Origin: Macrostomum lignano
Lineage: Eukaryota
Length of the DNA stretch: 64,000 bases
Assembly: GCA_002269645.1 (NCBI GenBank)
Contig: NIVC01001293.1
Location: forward strand, 124,001 to 188,000
Reading direction: 5' to 3'
How positions within the stretch are numbered: position 1 is the stretch's first letter; every line of letters starts with the position of its first letter. Shown in pieces: positions 60,328-64,000 of this stretch. Position numbers and translations under genes: made by a program. Below the pieces are notes generated by a model, which saw only the letters and a list, made by a program, of their open reading frames with translations, had not been told where the DNA came from and ran no database searches.

Positions 60328-61251
60328 ATGAAATTCGGTCTGCTGGCAGTTCTGGTGTCCCTGGTTGCCGGGTCAAACGCGGCAACTGAGCAGCTGCTCA
60401 GCAACCAAATCTTGCCAACAGGGGTGGCTGTGACGTTCGCCAAGTCTGAGCAGCTGCTCACAGCCAGCGGAGTCCACAGCAGCCGCATCGTCTGCGCGGC
60501 CGCGGTGCTGACCGGCTCGCCTCGAGAGCCGTCGCTGGCGCCGGTCGCCATGTTCGACGCCGTCTCGCGCACCTGCAAGCGGCTCGGCCAGCCCCTCTTC
60601 GCCAACTACTCGACGTCCAGATTAGTTCGGCAGGTGAAATTCTTCGCCAGCTCGCGACTCGGACAGCCCAGACTCGCTCTGTTCTCCATCAAGGCCGGCT
60701 CGGGAGTGTCTGCGAGGTCTTTGTACAGCTCGACTGGCTCGGCTGACTGCGGCGCCGGGGGCTTCCTGGCGCTGTGGCCGGGCGCCGCGCCGCAGGTCGG
60801 CAGCTACCGATCGTGCTGGATCGACCGGCTGGAGCAGCTGGCGGAGCTCGTCGACCTGATGCCGCGCCGGCAGCTGATTGTTGAGCTGCTGGCCTCGTCC
60901 GGAGCCGCGCTGCTCAGGATTGTGTTCGACGCCAGCTTCGGCAACCGCTGGTTCAGCCAGGCTGCGGTGGTGAGCAGCGAGCCGGAGCTCAATCTCAAGG
61001 CCAGGACATTCATTCACTTCAGCATTCAAGGATTTCAATGGCCTAGTAAAAGTATCAGCAGAAACTTCTACATCCTCACCGGCGACGGAGGCTGCAACCG
61101 GGACGTCGGTCTGCTGGCTGTCGTAGACATCAGCGACGTCTGCCCCTGGGCCTTCACTGCGAAACCTCCCGCCATCTTCTACAACCAGAGATTTGCTAGA
61201 TTCGAAGGAAACAGGCGCTCTGCTGACTACTTTGTTGTGTACGCGGCTTAG
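60328..61251 (+). CDS. Intronless secreted protein: PAN/apple-like N-terminal module plus an uncharacterised C-terminal domain
   Basis: MKFGLLAVLVSLVAGSNA signal peptide; RIVCAAA...MFDAVSRTC module; C-terminal RNFYIL..DGGCNRDVGLLAVVD...CPW...IFY motif. GC-rich, 307 codons. Confidence 0.75.
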   Translation: MKFGLLAVLVSLVAGSNAATEQLLSNQILPTGVAVTFAKSEQLLTASGVHSSRIVCAAAVLTGSPREPSLAPVAMFDAVSRTCKRLGQPLFANYSTSRLVRQVKFFASSRLGQPRLALFSIKAGSGVSARSLYSSTGSADCGAGGFLALWPGAAPQVGSYRSCWIDRLEQLAELVDLMPRRQLIVELLASSGAALLRIVFDASFGNRWFSQAAVVSSEPELNLKARTFIHFSIQGFQWPSKSISRNFYILTGDGGCNRDVGLLAVVDISDVCPWAFTAKPPAIFYNQRFARFEGNRRSADYFVVYAA

Positions 61252-61954
61252 CCATGCAGTTTATTGCGTGGGAAAGCAACACGCGGTTTTGTGCATCCGA
61301 ACTGATCGATGCGATTCTGGCGCAACTGTTATGAAATTCGACATGAAATTCTACCTGTATTTCAAAGATTAACTGTCAGCTTCGAATTATATTATTGAAG
61401 ACAGTTGAAGATGTAACAGCGGTTAGCGACTGTAGGCTCCTTTCTATTAAAGTTTGCTAAATGGCATCTCGTATTAACAACCTTAAGCATTGATGACTCT
61501 TTGTACATGTCTTACTTGATTGACTCAGGAGTCTCCGGGCATCCGGATGCAGCGGGGAGGCCATTCTGCTGACTCCTGGCGACAATGGACAGCTGGTGCT
61601 TCGGTGTCGCTCAGGGAGATCTGGAGGTGCAGCGTGGGGTCCCCCCCGGAGGGTCGCTCGCCTGCGGTGGCCCTTAGGTAGTGGACGAGCGGGTAGAGAT
61701 TCTCGGGCCTGAAAACGTCGGAGAGGTTTGGGCCGAGTTAGCTGAGCCTGTCCTGAGTCACAGATGAAGTGTCTTCGCACTCTCGACACCGGAGAGGCAG
61801 AAAGGGATTTTTCCCTGGATCAGGTAGCGACTGCCTGGAAAAAAGCCATGCCAGTATTTACTCGTACATTATCGCGTAAATTAAGTAGGTTTTACCCGGG
61901 GTAAACCCCCCTTAGAGTTTAAACCTGTTTGCTTACCCTCTCAGGAAGAAAGGT

Positions 61955-62290
61955 TTCCCCCTCTAGACAGGTAGTTTTACCTACTAGACAGGTAGTTTTA
62001 CCTATTAGACAGGTAGTTTTACCCTCTAGACAAGTATAGTTTTACCTACTAGACAGGTAGTTTCCGCCTCTAGACAGGTAGTTTCCCCTCTAGACAGGTA
62101 GTTTTACCTACTAGACAGGTAGTTTTACCTACTAGACAGGTAGTTTTACCTACTAGACAGGTAGTTTTACCTACTAGACAGGTAGTTTTACCTATTAGAC
62201 AGGTAGTTTTACCTACTAGACAGGTAGTTTTACCTACTAGACAGGTAGTTTCCCCCTCTAGAAAGGTATTTTTACTCTAGACAGGGAGTT
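61955..62290. repeat. ~21-bp minisatellite
   Basis: agacaggtagttttacctact variants. Confidence 0.92.
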
Positions 62291-62674
62291 TTTTCTGGTA
62301 GCAATGCAGTCTCCCGCTAAATTTGGAATTTAAGCGTGACATTTTGTCCTGTCTTGCTAATGCATTTTCCAGATAAAACCGGATCTCCAGGTTGAAGTCA
62401 AAACACGAGTTGCGAACGCTGCGTCCTTCATGTACTTCAGTTGTTTTGATGCCTTGTTGTGTTCAAGTCAATTGTTTGTCGCAATAAACATGTTTTGCGA
62501 GAAAGAGACAGACAGAGAGAAGCCTTGAGATGCATCAATCATACTCGATAGTTGATGGATTTATTGGTGTGTAACTTCTGACAGCTTTAAAAGCAAAGAG
62601 GAAAAAAGTCGTAACAACACCATCCATTTGGAGAAATTTGCAATTTGAAATTTCTATGGGGGTGATTGGGGGGG

Positions 62675-63187
62675 CAAGTACAAGGTGACAGAGTTAAGTA
62701 CAAGGTGACAGAATTAAGTACAAGGTGACAGAATTAAGTACAAGGTGACAGAATTAAGTACAAGGTGACAGAATTATGAACAAGGGGACAGACTTAAGTA
62801 CAAGGTGACAGACTTAAGTAAAAGGTGACAGAGTTAAGTACAAGGTGACAGAATTAAGTACAAGGTGACAGAATTATGAACAAGGTGACAGACTTAAGTA
62901 AAAGGTGACAGACTTAAGAACAAGGTGACAGACTTAAGTAAAAGGTGACAGAGTTAAGTACAAGGTGACAGAATTAAGTACAAGGTGACAGAATTATGAA
63001 CAAGGTGACAGACTTAAGTACAAGGTGACAGAATTAAGTACAAGGTGACAGAATTAAGTACAAGGTGACAGAATTAAGTACAAGGTGACAGAATTAAGTA
63101 CAAGGTGACAGAATTAAGTACAAGGTGACAGAATTAAGTACAAGGTGACAGAATTAAGTACAAGGTGACAGACTAAAGTACAAGGTA
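62675..63187. repeat. 20-bp minisatellite
   Basis: aagtacaaggtgacagaatt variants. Confidence 0.95.
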
Positions 63188-63289
63188 CCAAGGTTATAGA
63201 ATGTAAAAGACTGAAGTACGTCTACCAGGTGCCACTAGGTGTCAGTATTAATAGTCCAGCTGATATGCACACCGCGCACATCGCCAGCT

Positions 63290-63790
63290 TCACACTGCAG
63301 CATCCCGCCGGGGCCGTCGCAGCCTCTGGTACGGATTATCCAGGCCGCAGTGACAGCGCCGGAAGTGCCTGGCCAAATCCCACTTCCACTTGTACGCCCG
63401 GCCGCACACCGCGCACTGGTGCTGCCGGACGCTCGAGTGCGCCATGGCGTGCTTCTGCAGCTCGGTGGGCCACTTGGCCAGATGGCCGCAGTCGGGACAG
63501 CGAAAGCCCACTAGCACCGAGGCGTCGCCCGGTAGGTGAACAGCGGCCCTGGCCAGCTGATCCTCGGACATCCCGGCCGAGTTCCACGACCGGCTGCCGA
63601 CAGTCAGCTCGCGTTGCAGCACTTCGCTGGCGTGGCTGGCAGCGAAGTGAGCGTTCAGCTCCACCAGGCTGTTGAATACGCGGCAGCACTGCTGGCAGCG
63701 AAACGGGCTGGTGGTGACGCCCTGCTGCTGACTTCTCAGAGTAAGTTGTTGAGCACCTGCAGGCTCTGGCAGTTCGGTGCTCGGTGGCCT
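63290..63790 (-). CDS. Terminal exon of a C2H2 zinc-finger transcription factor (3 fingers); 5' exons probably beyond the window
   Basis: FRCQQCCRVFNSLVELNAHFAASH, FRCPDCGHLAKWPTELQKHAMAH, HQCAVCGRAYKWKWDLARHFRRCH. Confidence 0.85.
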   Translation of the reverse strand, partial: RPPSTELPEPAGAQQLTLRSQQQGVTTSPFRCQQCCRVFNSLVELNAHFAASHASEVLQRELTVGSRSWNSAGMSEDQLARAAVHLPGDASVLVGFRCPDCGHLAKWPTELQKHAMAHSSVRQHQCAVCGRAYKWKWDLARHFRRCHCGLDNPYQRLRRPRRDAAV

Positions 63791-64000
63791 GATTTGGAGT
63801 TTAGGTGAGACAGAGAATGTCTGAAACTTCAAGAACTCGATGCACTGTAGGGCCCAATGGCCAGATGTGCAACCGACAGCTCAGCCGCAGCTATTGCGCG
63901 GCGCATCTGAAGGCTGCGTACGGCTGTTCAGTCCAAGGACGGGGGGGGGGGTTGCCATGCACACCCTCAATTGCTGGAACCCATTTTACATCCCAGTGTA

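Overview
Repeat-rich animal genomic DNA with spliceosomal GT-AG introns, GC-rich exons and a minisatellite in most introns. The style suggests a free-living flatworm such as Macrostomum, but that is inference. From left to right: (1) a Ty3/Gypsy retrotransposon on the minus strand with an intact pol, a gag carrying one in-frame TGA, a -1 frameshift heptamer plus predicted pseudoknot, a tRNA-Leu-type PBS, and an extra ORF running off the left edge; (2) several MITEs with 8-bp target-site duplications; (3) two tandem neugrin-like genes; (4) a Ly6/three-finger GPI protein gene; (5) a head-to-head pair of C-type lectin genes; (6) a mariner relic; (7) a multi-exon plakin-like gene with a 39-aa coding repeat; (8) two tandem AKAP7-like 2H-phosphoesterase genes, the first holding a Helitron (Pif1 relic plus RPA-like gene, with a nested P-like THAP element) in intron 1; (9) a small secreted 6-Cys peptide gene; (10) an intronless secreted protein gene; (11) a C2H2 zinc-finger exon. 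The most notable inference is that two genes lack their own ATG and appear set up to take it from a flatworm spliced leader ending in AUG. All gene models were assembled by hand from splice signals and are not backed by database searches or RNA data.
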